From: the human T2T-CHM13v2.0 reference genome, Homo sapiens
Direction: 5' to 3' (one strand)
Length of the DNA stretch: 64,000 bases
NCBI RefSeq assembly: GCF_009914755.1
Contig: NC_060930.1
Part shown: positions 1-14,400 of the stretch, piece after piece
Position numbering within the stretch: position 1 is the stretch's first letter
Layout: every line of letters starts with the position of its first letter
Notes under the pieces: model-generated
What the model was told of the DNA's origin: nothing
The model's input: only the letters and a program-made list of their open reading frames with translations
The model's database searches: none
Translations under genes and position numbers: made by a program

Positions 1-359
1 CCTGACAATAGCTCATTTCTTATGATCCATATGGTTATACCACAGTTTGCTTAGTCTTGCATGGCTGAAAGATATCTTGGTTGTTTACAGTTTTTAGTGA
101 ACATATGTAAAGCTGCTATAAATATTCATGTACAGGTTTTTGTGTGGATATCAACCTTGAATTAACTTGGGTAAATACCTAAGAGCACGATTGATGGTAA
201 GTCTCTCCTTAACTTTATAAGAAACTTCTAAACTGTCTTTCAAAGTGGCTTTACCATTTTCCATTCCCATTAGCAGTGAGTGGGAATTCTTGTTGCTCTG
301 TATATTTTCAGCATTTTTTATTGTAAGTTTAAAAAATTTTAGCTACTCTAATAGTGTAG

Positions 360-684
<325 letters not shown>

Positions 685-1141
685 ATTGGCATTTCCCTAA
701 TGACAGATGATCTTAAGCATATTTTCAAGTATTATTTACCACCCATATATCTTCTTTGGTGGTGTCTGTTGAGATCTTTCACCCACTTCTAAAATCAAGA
801 TTTTTTTCCCAATTATTGTGTTTTAATTTTGTTCACATATTATCTTTACGAGTCCTTTGTCACATCTGTAACTTCCAGTTTTTTGACAAGTATTTTCTTC
901 CAGTCTGTGCCTTGTCTTCTTTTCATTCACTTACCAGTGTTTTTGTAAAGCAAAAACTATTAATTATGATAAAGTCTAATTGATTTGTTTTCTCTTTCAT
1001 GGATTGTATTTTTGGTGTTTTATCTAAAAACTCAAACTCAAGGTTAAGATTTTTTCCTTTATATTCTTCCAGAAGTTTTATGGCTGTGCATATTATTTTT
1101 AAGTCTATGATACATTTTGAGTTACTTTTTTATAGGTGTGA

Positions 1142-1422
<281 letters not shown>

Positions 1423-2018
1423 AGATGGATGCCAATTGTTTCAGCATCATTATTGAAAGGAGATTCCCTTCTTCATTGGATGACCTTTGTACTTGTATTC
1501 AAAATCAGGTGACTCTATTTTTGTCCTTCCATTTCTGGCCTCTCCATTCTGTTCTGTTGATCTATGTGTCTGTCCTTTTGCCAATACCACACTCTCTTGA
1601 TCACTGTCCTTTGCAGAAAGACTGGAAATAATATCTAATAATTTTGAAAGGTATGTTTTCATCATCATTCAGTTGAAAATATTATCTAACTTCCCTTATG
1701 TTTTCTTCTTTGATCCGTAGGTTATTTAGAAGGAAGATTTAAAATTTTCAATACTTTTTTGCCCCTAGACAACTTATTATTGATTTCCAATAAAATCTAT
1801 TTTGGTCAGAGAACATATTCTGTATGATTTCAGTCCTTTGAAATATGTTGTTACTTGTTTTATGTCTCAACATATGACCTGTGTTAGTGAATGTACCATA
1901 TTCACTTTACAAAATATATATTCTATATATTCTGGAGTTGTTGAACACAGTGACTGTAAATGTGAGATCAAGATGGTTGATAGTGTGGTTCATTTGTATT
2001 TTTAAAAAACTAAGAAAA

Positions 2019-2314
<296 letters not shown>

Positions 2315-2727
2315 TTAAAAAAAACTAAGAAAAAATAGAGCATCTTTAACTTCCCACCATATATTTGGCATTTCCAGTGTTGGTCACTCCTATCTGAAGA
2401 CTCAGGTTACCATCTGGTATGATTTCTTTCAACCTGGGAAACTCCTTCAGTATTTTTCTTGTAGTAGAGTTATGTTTGCAACAAATTATCCTAGTTTTAT
2501 TTTATCTGGAGACACCTTTTCATTTTTCTTCCCTGAAAATATTTTTACTGGATGTGTAATTCTGAGTTAGGTTGTTTTCTTACAGCACTCAAAAAAATGC
2601 CATTTCATTGTCTTCTGACCACCATAGTTTCTGATGACAAATTATGAACACATGGACTGGTCATTCTCATAATTGTTCTCATGTATGTAACGTGTCATTT
2701 TTCTCTGATTATTCTCACGATTTTCTG

Positions 2728-3142
2728 TGACCATAGGCTGCTCAGGGCTGGACTTGGATATGGCCATAAAGTGGTACTGTAGGAAGTGCAGTATCCTGGA
2801 ATTAATTCCAGACCTTGGAATTAACAGGGCTGGGCCCCTTAGCACCTGCCCTTAGCTCTCCTTTCCCCAGGTCCCTAGAAACCCCCTCCTGATCTACACA
2901 CACACACACACACATGCACACACAACTTCTAACAGGGCCCTTCTCGTTTTTCTCTCCCCCCTGGTTCCTTCCACTCTCCCCTTTCTCTTATGATCCATTT
3001 CGTCTCCCTTCCGCTCTCTGGACCAAGGCCCCAGGCCCGGACTCCAGGGTTGGAGCTCACAGGCTGATTCCTGGGATGAGCAGCCTCCACCTGCAGGAGC
3101 AGCAGCAGGAACAAGGGAGGGGACAGGAGGGCAAGGCCCCAT
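2728..3142 (-). pseudogene. Putative relic of a divergent MHC class I-like gene: leader exon (3142-3061) plus start of alpha1 exon (2795 to ~2728)
   Basis: aaaATGG; signal-peptide-like LALLSPPLFLLLLLQVEAA one frame off the ATG; GTGAG donor at 3060; CAG acceptor at 2796; then HFLQYHFMAISKSSPEQP, which aligns without gaps to class [19 protein letters not shown]; cut off by L1. Confidence 0.5.
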
Positions 3143-4216
3143 TTTGGAGGCTGAGGGACTAGGTCATGTGGTATCAATGGTTTGGGGGTGGATGAGCCCC
3201 AGATATGATCCCACTGTTTTGGCCTGGAGGTGTCTCTTCCCTGAAGCCAAAATCCAGAGTCACTCAGTGGTGGGAGGAAACGTCAGTGTCAACATGGATT
3301 TTGGGAAGCTGGATGGACTCAGAGCCTGACTTGAGATCGGGAACCCCCTTGTATGCAGAGCCCTGTCCAGGTGCTGGGAGCAGGAGAGCCTGGGAGGTCC
3401 TGGCTAGGGAGAAAGGGGAGCGGGGTCTCTGTCCTCGGCCCTGTGGCCACACGGGGGCGTCGCTGCGCTGCTCTCGGATTCTGAGTGCTCTCCTGGACGG
3501 GGCTGCGGGCTGAATGGGCAGACGGGGCTGAACCTGAAGTCATCCACGCTGAGATGGAGGTTCCTCCTGAGCACCTCTGGAATCCACAGGACTCAGGTTA
3601 GATTTGTTTGTCTTGCAACGTGAGGCAATTGTGATGTAGCAAGATCTGGCTCTAGAATTCTTATGGCAAAATAGCTGTCATAGAATCCAACTAGAATGAG
3701 AGTCCAGGGCCTGGGTTGACTGCCCTGGGCACACCTGACTCTTGATGGGGTTGCCAAAATGTAGCTTGGCATTTACAAAAATTCTTTCCAAAGATTGCAT
3801 CAAAGTCCAAAAGAATTATGTACAATTTCATTTCTGATGTCTCTGGCTGTGCTTTCGAAAGGGCAGGAAGAGCCATGGAAAGAGGCTGAAAGGCGCCTCT
3901 GGGAATTCTCAAATCTCTTTTCATAGCAGTAACTTGGACCTAGACAGCAAAGCCTGAAAGACACAGGTAGAAGGATCGCGAGGCGCAGCCCTCCCTTCTG
4001 ATCAGCACAGGTATGGCTGTCTGGGCGCTTTTGCCCCTCTGTGTTCAGCAGGATGGACTCTGCAGTGAGGCGCAGCCCCTGTCTCCCCACTGCCCCAGAT
4101 CAGAAGCATGTTTCCTGATCTTGTTTTCCACACGCTCCTTTTCTTTTTCTGTCTTGTGACCACGAATAGAATAGACAGGCAAGGTCCTGTAAGACCAGGT
4201 AAAAGATGTTACTGAT

Positions 4217-4497
<281 letters not shown>

Positions 4498-4603
4498 TTA
4501 GTGAAATCATGATTGTGAAGGAACAATGGCAAATGGAGAGAAAGAGCAGAGAGACAGACATAGAGATAGATACACACGTACACACACACATAGAGAAAAT
4601 GAA

Positions 4604-4658
4604 CATCCATCCATCCATCCATCCATCCATCCATCCATCTACCCATCCACCCATCCAC
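4604..4658 (+). repeat. (CCAT)n microsatellite
   Basis: catccatccatcc run. Confidence 0.9.
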
Positions 4659-7600
4659 CTTTCTATCTCCTTGCAAGGTAGGTTCATCAACACTTTTACA
4701 TTTATACCCCAGCAAAAATCTTTTTTTGGCTCACACCTGCCCTCCTTCATCCAGCCAACTGACATATTTGCTGAGGTCTTGCCACGTGCCGCACTGGGTG
4801 CTGAGCATTGGAGTCTAAACAGGAACAGACCCCTGGGATGCACTCCCGTGGGGCCCTTCACTGTCCCGTCCCTGGCTGTGAGACATCCTCATCTCCCTGA
4901 GGCTCTTGTTTCTGGTCACTGGGAAAAGTCCCTGGCCCACCTCTCTATTGATACCTGGGAGACTCTATCGCTACTTTGAATAAAGCACTGATTTTCAGCA
5001 TTTATTCTGTATCCACACTTACTAATGCCCTTTCAATTTAGAAGTTGTTACAAACGGGAGGGGTTATAACCTTAGGCACGTTGTTTAAGAGAATTGTAAA
5101 AATAAGGAAACATGATGGCAATGGGCTTTTCTGCTTTCTCCCAGAACACTTCATATTCATTTTCTCACCTGTGTTTGGTTGGTTGCAAGGTGGCTTCCAC
5201 ACCCCCAAGTTTATTTCAAGTAGCAGAAAACACTTGCTTAGAAAACAAGTACTTTGGGAAATGCAGGGTCTCAGCCTCTGTCCTCAGGACTCCACACATC
5301 AGAAAGACATGTGCGTCTCCTGCCACAATCCTGGAGGTGCCCGTGGACTGCAGGTTCGCTCCTCACTGACTTTACTCATGTCCTACTGGAAAAGGATGGA
5401 GCTGCTAGAAATGTCCCAATGGCTTGGAACACTCAATTTCTCTGTGTGCACTGCAAGCAAACTGACAGTTTGACTTTTCAATTCTATTCAACACCTGAAA
5501 ATAAACTGAATTTTCAGTATATTTCCTTCCAGAGAGTAAACTGAAAAGGGAACCTTTCTAAATTCAGTTATGATTTCCTGAAACATCGAAGAAGGCAAAT
5601 GTGGGGGCCCTTAAAGACAAGAGAATTCTCTGACCTCAAATTTCATGTGGCAGCTGTAAGGTGGAGCTGGCAGCATCTGTCCCCACCTCTGGGTACACAG
5701 CAGAATGTGCCAGCTTTAGGGACCCCGGAGGACACAGCCGCACAGTGTCCGGGGGCATCCAGCAAACCCTCAGGAAGGACTCGATCCACGCAGGAGCCTC
5801 CTTAAGCAACTTCTCCCTGAAGAAACCCTGAAGTCTTAGAAATCCATAAAGAAAAAAGATATTCATGTCTCTGATAAAGAAAAGAAATGTCAGCAATCCA
5901 GCACTGAGAAGGGAAGCTACGAGACCACATTTTCTGCATGTGGAGAAGACACGTCTAATGGAGAGGTGGGAACTTGTCTCAAAAGTGTTGGGCCGCAGTG
6001 AGAGGGTGTGGTCGTCACTGCCACCACCCGCTGCTCACTCAGTGACCCCTCCCCATTGTAACTAACGGGCCAGTGAAGAGAAACACTTTTCGTCTGCTTG
6101 TACTGAAATAAGGCTATTACAATAAATCATCTCTGTGGTTGATTTTTCATTTAAGGATGGGATAACTGGAGAAATTGGTGCCTGCAGTGCAGGTTTTAAA
6201 GAAGTTCCTAGAAGCCCTTCTGAGGCCATCTCCAGGAGGCTGCCCCAGCGGGTATGAGGCCTTGCGCTTCTGCCATCCTGTGTGTCCCTGTGATGGAATT
6301 TTGGCCCAGCTAGGGATGGCAAGAGGCCAGGTCATCGCAGGTGGTCTGCAGGCCTGGTGAGGAAGGACAATGACAGACGGGGAGGCAGAAAGGCACACAT
6401 ATGACCAGACCTCCCCCTGGGTCCTGCTCCCATTCCTCTGTCCATCACTCTTGCTCTGTCTGCCCTAGGGGAAATTTCCTGAAGGAAACAGGAAAAGGAA
6501 CCTCTATTCCTGGCTGCATATCTTTTATGTAGGCCTTTCCTGTTATTCAAGCATATCCCCAGCAGATGGCAGAGAAGACATTTCAATTTCGTGCCTCTGC
6601 TTTTCCTCCCCCTCCTCCAACCGGAAAGTCAGGACCAAGGGAATGGATGAAGGCATTAAAGGTATAAATGAGAATGGGTGATAATTTCCCTTTCTCTGAG
6701 CTGGGGAGTCCCATTGCAAGGGTGGGAATAGAAATGTCCAGTGTAACCATTCAGAGATGACAGATACTGCCCTGAAAACAGTCACAAAATCAAACCATGA
6801 TGTGCCTCCCTGGGCTCCTTGGCTCTGGGCTGCTGCTTTCTTTTACTGAGAATCTAAGAGGTGCTGAGCATTCAGTTAAAACGGGACTCAAGGGTTCCTG
6901 CATTGTCCTCTGCCTTAATTGCATTTGAAAATATATTTTGTCAGTTCAATCCTTCTCCTGCCCGTCTCTGTTTCTCTTTTTAAAGAAGCTGAACATTGGC
7001 ACCTTCAAAAGAAAATTGCTAACATGTGAAATAATATATTGTCTAGGATTTAGTTGAAAATAACCTGGTGTTGGGCTATGGTTGAGGATGTAGATAAATC
7101 AAGAGTGGGTGTTACTGAGTGAAGGGTACAGTGAAGGTTACTTTACTCTTCTGTCTACTTTTGTGTTTGCTTAAAATATTTGTACAAGTTTAAAAAAATA
7201 AGAACCAGGGTTACCAGGGGGCATGGCATATGCTGAATAATCATGAGATACCGGTTATGATTTCAAACAAATCTCCAATAAAAATAGATAATTTGAAGTC
7301 AAACCACAGGGACAAAATGTTTTTAGATGTCTCCAAATTCCTCACTTCCCTCCTCTAAATTCAGGTGGGTCACTTCATACTTTCTCCCAACCGCAGGTTC
7401 CCAATAGGCAGGTCCTAGAGCCCAACCTTGGTGGGGCAGGGAGTAGGGATTTAAAAACTGCATGATGATCAACAGCAGGAAAGAGGATTGGGGCTGAGAG
7501 GGGAGGAGAGGCAGGCAGGAGACCCCTGGGGAGTTGCTGCCCCAAGGAACTCCTTCTTCACCCTCTGAGAGAAAGTGTCACAGGACCACAGACCCTTGGT

Positions 7601-7789
7601 CTTCATAGGTCCCATAACCTCCCCCGAATTGTATGTAAAATTGTGTGGGAATGCAGGTGAGTGCATTTCAGCTGGGGCTGGCTTTGACAAGGCTGTGGCC
7701 TTCAGTAGATATCAAAGTAGTCATCTAGGTCTCGTGTAGATGATGGAAAACTCGATGGGAGGGAGACACGGTGCCTTGACCCAGAGTCA

Positions 7790-8112
7790 ATGCCAATAAA
7801 CTTGGCTAGGACATAGTACCCAGTCATTTAATCAAAACCTAATCTAGATGTTGCTGTGAAGATATTTAGTACATGTGGTTAACATTTACAATCAGTTGAC
7901 TTTATGAAAAGGAAATTACCCTCAATAATGTAGATGGACCTCATCCAATCAGTAGAAGGCTTTAAGAGCAGAAACTACAGTTTCCCAGAAAAGAAGAAAT
8001 TCTGTCTTAAGACTACCATATCAACTTCTGTCTGCATTTTCAGCCTGCTGGCGTATCCTACAGATTTCACACTTGCCACCGTAATAATTGCATGAGTCAG
8101 TTTCATAACACG

Positions 8113-8166
<54 letters not shown>

Positions 8167-8230
8167 TATTGGTTCTGTTTCTCTGATGAATCCAGAATAA
8201 TACAGATTTTGGTACTTAGAGTGATTCTAG
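7790..8230 (+). mobile_element. MLT2 (ERVL) LTR with internal (CA)n at 8118-8164 and the start of internal sequence
   Basis: tgttgctgtgaag...catccaatcagt...ttattggttctgtttctctg...aataca followed by gattttggtac. Confidence 0.75.
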
Positions 8231-8249
8231 AGGAAGAGAATCCTTTTAA

Positions 8250-9283
8250 AACGTTTATAGCCAACAATAAAAAACTTTATTAAAAATGTTGAAAAGCATA
8301 AAACGGTAATTATAAATTAGCAAACACCCAACAAGAAAAGCACTTATTTTCTTTTCCTTATACAGTACAAGAAAGAGTAATTGGGATCTCATTCACTTTC
8401 AGCCACCATTTGCCCTAGATGTCCTTCACTCAAAACAAGTTTTTAGCTTGTGTTTTTGGAGTGGAAACTCACATGGCTACTAAGAAACAACTCTAAAAAT
8501 GTAACTTAGACACTCAAAATTCCATGTGCCATGTTAACATGTAATGATGGTTCATATTACAGCATCTCACAATGGGTAAGCATTATTTCCAAAGTAAAAT
8601 TAAGTCACATTTGTGGTTGCTAGTGAATGCGGCAGAAATGGACCCTGAAGATTCAGGCATTGTTCTGCTCTGGAGTAGGACATCTGTGGCTCCAGCAAAC
8701 TGTACAAAGGCTTTTTTTTTTTTTAATGTATCTTCCGTGATACTTCAATTATTTCACCTTATTAATCATTTTCTTGCAAACAAAACTGAAAATATCAGTT
8801 CATAATGTGTTTCCATACACCTTGCCCTTATTCAAATGGTTATGAACAAGTGGTCTTCCATTTTCTATTGCCGCTGTAATTATTTGTTCCTGATCTGGCA
8901 ACACCTTCTTCAGCTCCTTTCTCTGGCCACCGAGATTAACAGTCCAACAAGCGGTCTTTTGATTCACTAAGTGGCTTAATAGGACAACGTTGATTTGAGC
9001 CAATACTTCTGGCATGTTCATTTCAATTTGTAACTTTTTTCTGAATTCATCCCCACAAGGTGAGCTGGAAAACTGCAACCATAACCAAAGCTAGAAAATA
9101 CTGGAAGTAGCCAATATTTCTCTTCATCACCAAAGACTGGTCTCTAATTTTTACTATTGTTCTATTTTTTCCAGCCAGCCAACAGTAGTAGCTGAAAAGC
9201 GAGAGCACACTGATGAAGAACACTGCGGGCACAAAGAAAAGGAAAAGTATGTGGAGCTTTGCTGTGTATCTCTCAGTTCATTC
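8250..9283 (-). pseudogene. ZDHHC20P1: Processed pseudogene of palmitoyltransferase ZDHHC20 (3' part of CDS plus 3' UTR)
   Basis: Minus-strand peptides FFISVLSLFSYYCWLAGKNRT, VFGDEEKYWLLPVFSSFGYGCSFP and IKPLSESK are intronless and frameshifted; AATAAA (tttatt) at 8276-8281. Confidence 0.85.
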
Positions 9284-9669
9284 TACTCACTAGAACGTGG
9301 CGTTCTCAGGAATTGACGTCCTCCAGGCCCCCAGATGAGGGTAGTGAGCACCCTGAGAGCCAGCTGGACTCCCCTCTTGGTGTGTTACTGCACAGCCACA
9401 GCCTCTGGGTAGGGAGTTGTCCTGCACTTCTGGAATCATCTTTTTGGTCATGGTGGCTACTGCTGTACTGTCCTTCTGAGGTCAGTGAGATAGGGTGTTC
9501 ACAGCCTCCCTTGAAAGGAAACAAGAGACTTGTCAGGTTGATGGAGAGAACAAGCTGTTCGACAGTGCGCAAACCATATCCTGGGCTTGTGGTTAGAACA
9601 TCCTGCAGCAAAGAGGTAGAAGAGCCAAGGGAGGCATCCCCACATCTGAGGAAGCCCAGAAACCCATGA

Positions 9670-10028
9670 ATAGTGTCCTTGGGCTGACCTATGCTCATTA
9701 CAATAGTAGCAAACACAACTCTGAGAGGGAAGTTAAGATGCTAATGAGACGTAAGATGTGTGTGCTGATATGTACAACCACAGTGCATGCACGTTCAAGA
9801 GACCACAGAACATGCTTAAAACAATACCCCTTCCCACCTATTCATGAATAATCATGTAAGACTCCCGTGAGGGGAGGGTACTGTCTCTCTTTTGAGCAGC
9901 TGCTCTGATCAGCTGTCAGAGTGTACTTTCACTTTGCAATAAATTCTCTTGCTGACTTTTACTTTGGACTTGCTCTCAAATTCTTTTGTGTGGCAAAGTC
10001 AAGAACCTGAACCGGCCCATTGGCTACA
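9670..10028 (+). mobile_element. ERV1-class LTR 3' part
   Basis: aataaattctcttgc...ctctcaaattcttttgtg...caagaacctgaacc...ggctaca is a typical ERV1 LTR U5 end; 5' boundary uncertain. Confidence 0.5.
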
Positions 10029-11449
10029 TTTCCTTCCTTTTTTCTTTCTTTCTGTATCTTGTTGCTAGGGATAACTTTGCCCCTGCTGGCAGCATGCCCC
10101 TGAGGATGGCACCCTGTGGCTGGCGTCTTCCTTGGCTTGGCCTCGGGTCACTAAGCATAGCCCATGGTAGGAGGTTCTGAGAATGAGTGGCACTGCCTTG
10201 TGCAACGGTCCCCATGGGAGTGGCCCACAGGTGCTTGCATCTGTGGCATTTTCACAACTGTTTAAAAAGACTCAAGAATGTACTGTGGGAGGAGAGCAGG
10301 TCTGGAGACTCACCTGTGTCCCCCACCTGCTCATCTGCATGGCCATGTGCCTGACATGGTCAGAAATGAGAAATGCTGCTGCCCCTTTGCAAAGCACTAC
10401 TTAGTTTTTCTCTTCTTGAAGGTGGTGGCACGATGCCCAGGTTGAGATGGACGCAGGAGTCAGCATCCTAAAGTAAAAGGAGAGACTTTAACAGAAATAC
10501 CTGAGCTTTTCAATGAGAATGAACAGGGCCTTTTACCCTCTGGCAACTGTGTATTTCCCATTGACATGTTTCTTGTCCTCAGAATGGTTTTCCCTTTTTG
10601 CAGGTGGTTTATTGAAAAAGGAAAGGACAGAAAAGAAAAAGCAGGAGAAGGTGTATGGGAAGCTGGGACCCTGGCCCTGTGCAGGGGAGATACAAGGTGC
10701 TTCTGGGGAGGCTGCCGCCATCTGGGGCACTGGCACATGGGGCACGGCAGGGCTCGCCTTCCTGATGATGCCGCCTATCCCAGTTGCCCACCGGAAGTTG
10801 CAGTGCCCAGATTAGTTTTGTATTGATGGAAATTTAAAAAAAATTATATTACATAATTTTATGCTTTTTGAAAATAGCTAATAAACTTTTATGGCTAAGT
10901 TGTTAGTAACGGTAATCTCTCTAATCTGCTTAAAGACGGTCAAATCTGCAGGGTTCCCATCTCCACTGGACACCTGTGCTTCCTGTGGGGTCTATTTTCC
11001 GGCGGCTTTCCCTGTTGGTTGCCCCTGTGACTGCTGACATCCTGCCTTCTTGGTGGAAACCACACTCTTCCTTGCCCAGTGAGGGTTGGAAAATTGGATG
11101 ACTAAACTCGACGAAGATAGCAAATAACATTTGTTCTGCGTGGGTGCCATCATCACCTGCACTTGAAAGCAAGGCTGAGGTGCAGAAGACACAAAATGTG
11201 GCCATGTCCCTTGGCTGGCAAGTGGCCTAGGGGCAATGTGAGCCTGAGTGTATGACACTGTGACACAGGACAGGGTGCGTCACAGTGTTGCCCATTGTGA
11301 CTGCAGGGCCAAAAGGAACCAGGGCTGAGAGGAACCTGGAGACATGCTGGGGTGGGGCCAAACGAGGGCTTGGAGAGAGCCTCCACCCACCCTCACAGGG
11401 CCTGGTGGAGACAGACCGAGGAGGGGCACCTGCCCCTCTCCCCTTGCAG

Positions 11450-14400
11450 AGTGGAATGATAGCTGATGACATCATTTTGAAAGTCACAGTACTACAGAGA
11501 TGTTTGGACACTCATCAGAGGCAGACCTGCTGTGGGAAAGTCAAGGCCTTGGTGCGGAAACCTAAGATTCTGCAAACTGGAACAGGGTTATCCTATGGGT
11601 GCCCTTTAGAACTCTCTGGGCATGCAGAGGAGGCTCGCCCTTCTCTAGTAATGGTTCCCACTTCCTACACTGGAAGTTGCTGCAGAAACCTCACCCCTAT
11701 GATGCAGTGGGAATTCCACTCAGGAGCTTTGCAGTAACAGCCGTTATGTCCCCGTAGGAGCCTGAGGAGCAGTTCTGGGATTGGAATTTAAGGGTGTTTG
11801 ATCAAAGGGCCAGAATCAAGCTGGATAAATTAAAAAAAACACCTTTGGCTTGGGAGCACTTTCTCAGGGTATGGGTTTATCAAGGACCTCAGGGCATGGG
11901 GCAAACCCACTGCTGGGGTGGACCCATGTAGACTGGAAAAAATGATGTCCAACTCTCAGTAAGTTAGACATGAGTTAGTTGTCCTGGAACATGTAGAGGA
12001 TGGATAATGAGGCTGAGGGAAGTGGGTGTGTGGGATGGAGACATCATGTGAACCAGAATGCCCACTAGGGCCATGCTCCACAGAGGACCCATAGGGCACA
12101 CCTTCCACCAGAGCCTCAGGAATGTGCTGGTGAGAGGGACTTGCATTGCTAAGAAGCGTCGGGGTGGTGTCCTCTGCAGGCTGGGTGTGATGGCAGGAAG
12201 GAGGTCCTATAGTTGGGCTCATTGATATTCCTGAGAAAAGTGTGGCCTTGAAAAGGCAGAGAACTAAATGGTGACAGTGGCCTGCAAAAGCCAGAGGGCA
12301 CGGTTAACTTGACAATCTCAGAGGAGCAGCTGAGGCAGCTTGATCTGCAGGGAGTTGTGGGGAAGGTTAATAGAGGGTGGTGTCAGAAAAGACAGCAGCC
12401 AACAAGGGCACTGCTTGACATCTATGATAAGAAAGCAAGAATTGATGAGCAGGGGGCTGAGGGTGTTTAACTCAATACAAAGTCATGATCCCATTCTCAA
12501 TTCCTAAATGTCAACCAAGTTTCAGATTCAGATCCCAGTTACAGAGAAGGAGTCCCTATCCCAGGAGGAAGGACCCTGGAACCTCATGGCAAGTATATGC
12601 TGGAACAATTCCCTCTGTCTTTCTGCAAAGGAGCCTACAGTCATTTACTCAGGGGACTGTACACTAGGAAAGGGAAACAGGCAGAATTTGGGGGAGTGTT
12701 GACATTGGGTGTGAGCTAATATTGATGCCTACAGGCCTACAGCACCATTATGTCCCCAGCACAGTGGGGCTTACAGAAGCTGGGAATAAATCTGGACACA
12801 TCACAAAGAGACTACTGGGTCCACAGACCCAGCCCTGTTTATCTCCCCATTCTCCAAGTGTGTAATTGGCATTGATGCCCTGGCAGCTGGAGTAACCCCC
12901 ACATTGGGTCCCAAGTCTCTGGAATAAGGGCTGTCATTTTCTGAAAGCCAAAGGGAAACCTCTGCAACTGACTTCATCTTGGCCAAATAAAAAATGATAT
13001 TGAGTCCCAGGGTGAGTCTTATGAAAGGTGCTGTAGGTATTGTAGGTGTAGCACCGCCATTAGGGAGCTGAAGGATGAGGGGTGCTGTTGGAGTTGCCTA
13101 TTATCTTCATGTAATCCAGCAATCTGTCCCCAAGGAAGCCTGATGGGGCCTAAAGAATGAATAAGATTACTTCAGACTTGAAAAAGTAGGAGTCATAATT
13201 GCAGCTGCCATGCTGGCTGGATATCACGGGTAGAGCAGATTGATAAGGCCTCAGGCACAGAGTGTGCAGCTGTGGATTTGGTGAGTGCATTCCTTTCCAT
13301 TCCAATGAGAAAAACTATACATGAAGTGATTCATGTGGGATCCACAACACATTTATTGATAATTGGCCTCAGGGTTATTGTAACTGACCTGCCCTCTATA
13401 GTATAGTCTTAAGAGATCTGAAGAACCTGGCATCCTATAGAATGGTAAACCAGCTTATTTCATCAACAACATCATGTTGACTAGGATGGATGAGTAGGAG
13501 GTGGAAAGTATGCTGAAGGCCTTGGCAAAACACGTGCTCTCCAGAAGATGGAAGATAAACCATACAGAGATTCAGGAGTGGCCACTGTGGTGAAGTTTTA
13601 TTCATCCAGTGGTTGAGGACATCCAGGAGTTTCTCCTCCACAGTAAAAGACAAAGTGTTGCATCTTGCATCCTCACTACAAGGAAGGAAGCACACTGCCT
13701 GGTGAGCCTCTTTGAGTTCTGACAATACCACATCCCACATCTATTGTTTTGACCTACACTCTAGGAGAAATAGGAGGGGACTTGCTTCAATTAGGCCTGC
13801 TGAGGAAAGGACACTGGCAGATTCAGGCCATGAGGCAGCGCCATCCCTCAGACCCACCTAGAGGTGTCAGTCCTGGGGAAAGATGCAGGATGGAGCTGAA
13901 ACAAGCACCAGTGGGGGAGTCACATGGACGGCCTGGGATTCTGGAGTAAGGCCATGTCATCCACAGCAGAGACATATGCCCCTGTTAGAAGCAACTTTTG
14001 GTATGTTACTGGCCTTGATAAGATAGAATCCTTGCCATGGGACAGCAAACAACCATGTGATTTCAAATGCCCATATGAATTGGCTTCTGTAACTCAGAAA
14101 GTCATAGATCGGACAGACCCCAAAGCATCCATCATGAGATAGAAATGGTCCATCTGGATTGAGCATGAATCCTATGTTGACACCTCCAGAAAACATCCAA
14201 ACCTGAAGTGGCACTAAACAACCAAGCAGACAAATTGAAGTTAGCCAGCCTTCACCATCGGGCAGCCCAGGCCTAGCAGGATGGGTTCATGAATGGAGCA
14301 AGCACAGTGGCAGGGATGAGGCTAAATATGGGTCCAGAAGCACTGACTACCACCTACCAAGACAGATCCAGCTGCTGCCACCTCTGAATGTCCAACTCAT

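Noticed and set aside
2796-2811. Perfect 16-bp palindrome CTGGAATTAATTCCAG
   Set aside because: Short and likely a local duplication scar at the relic acceptor; no independent function evident
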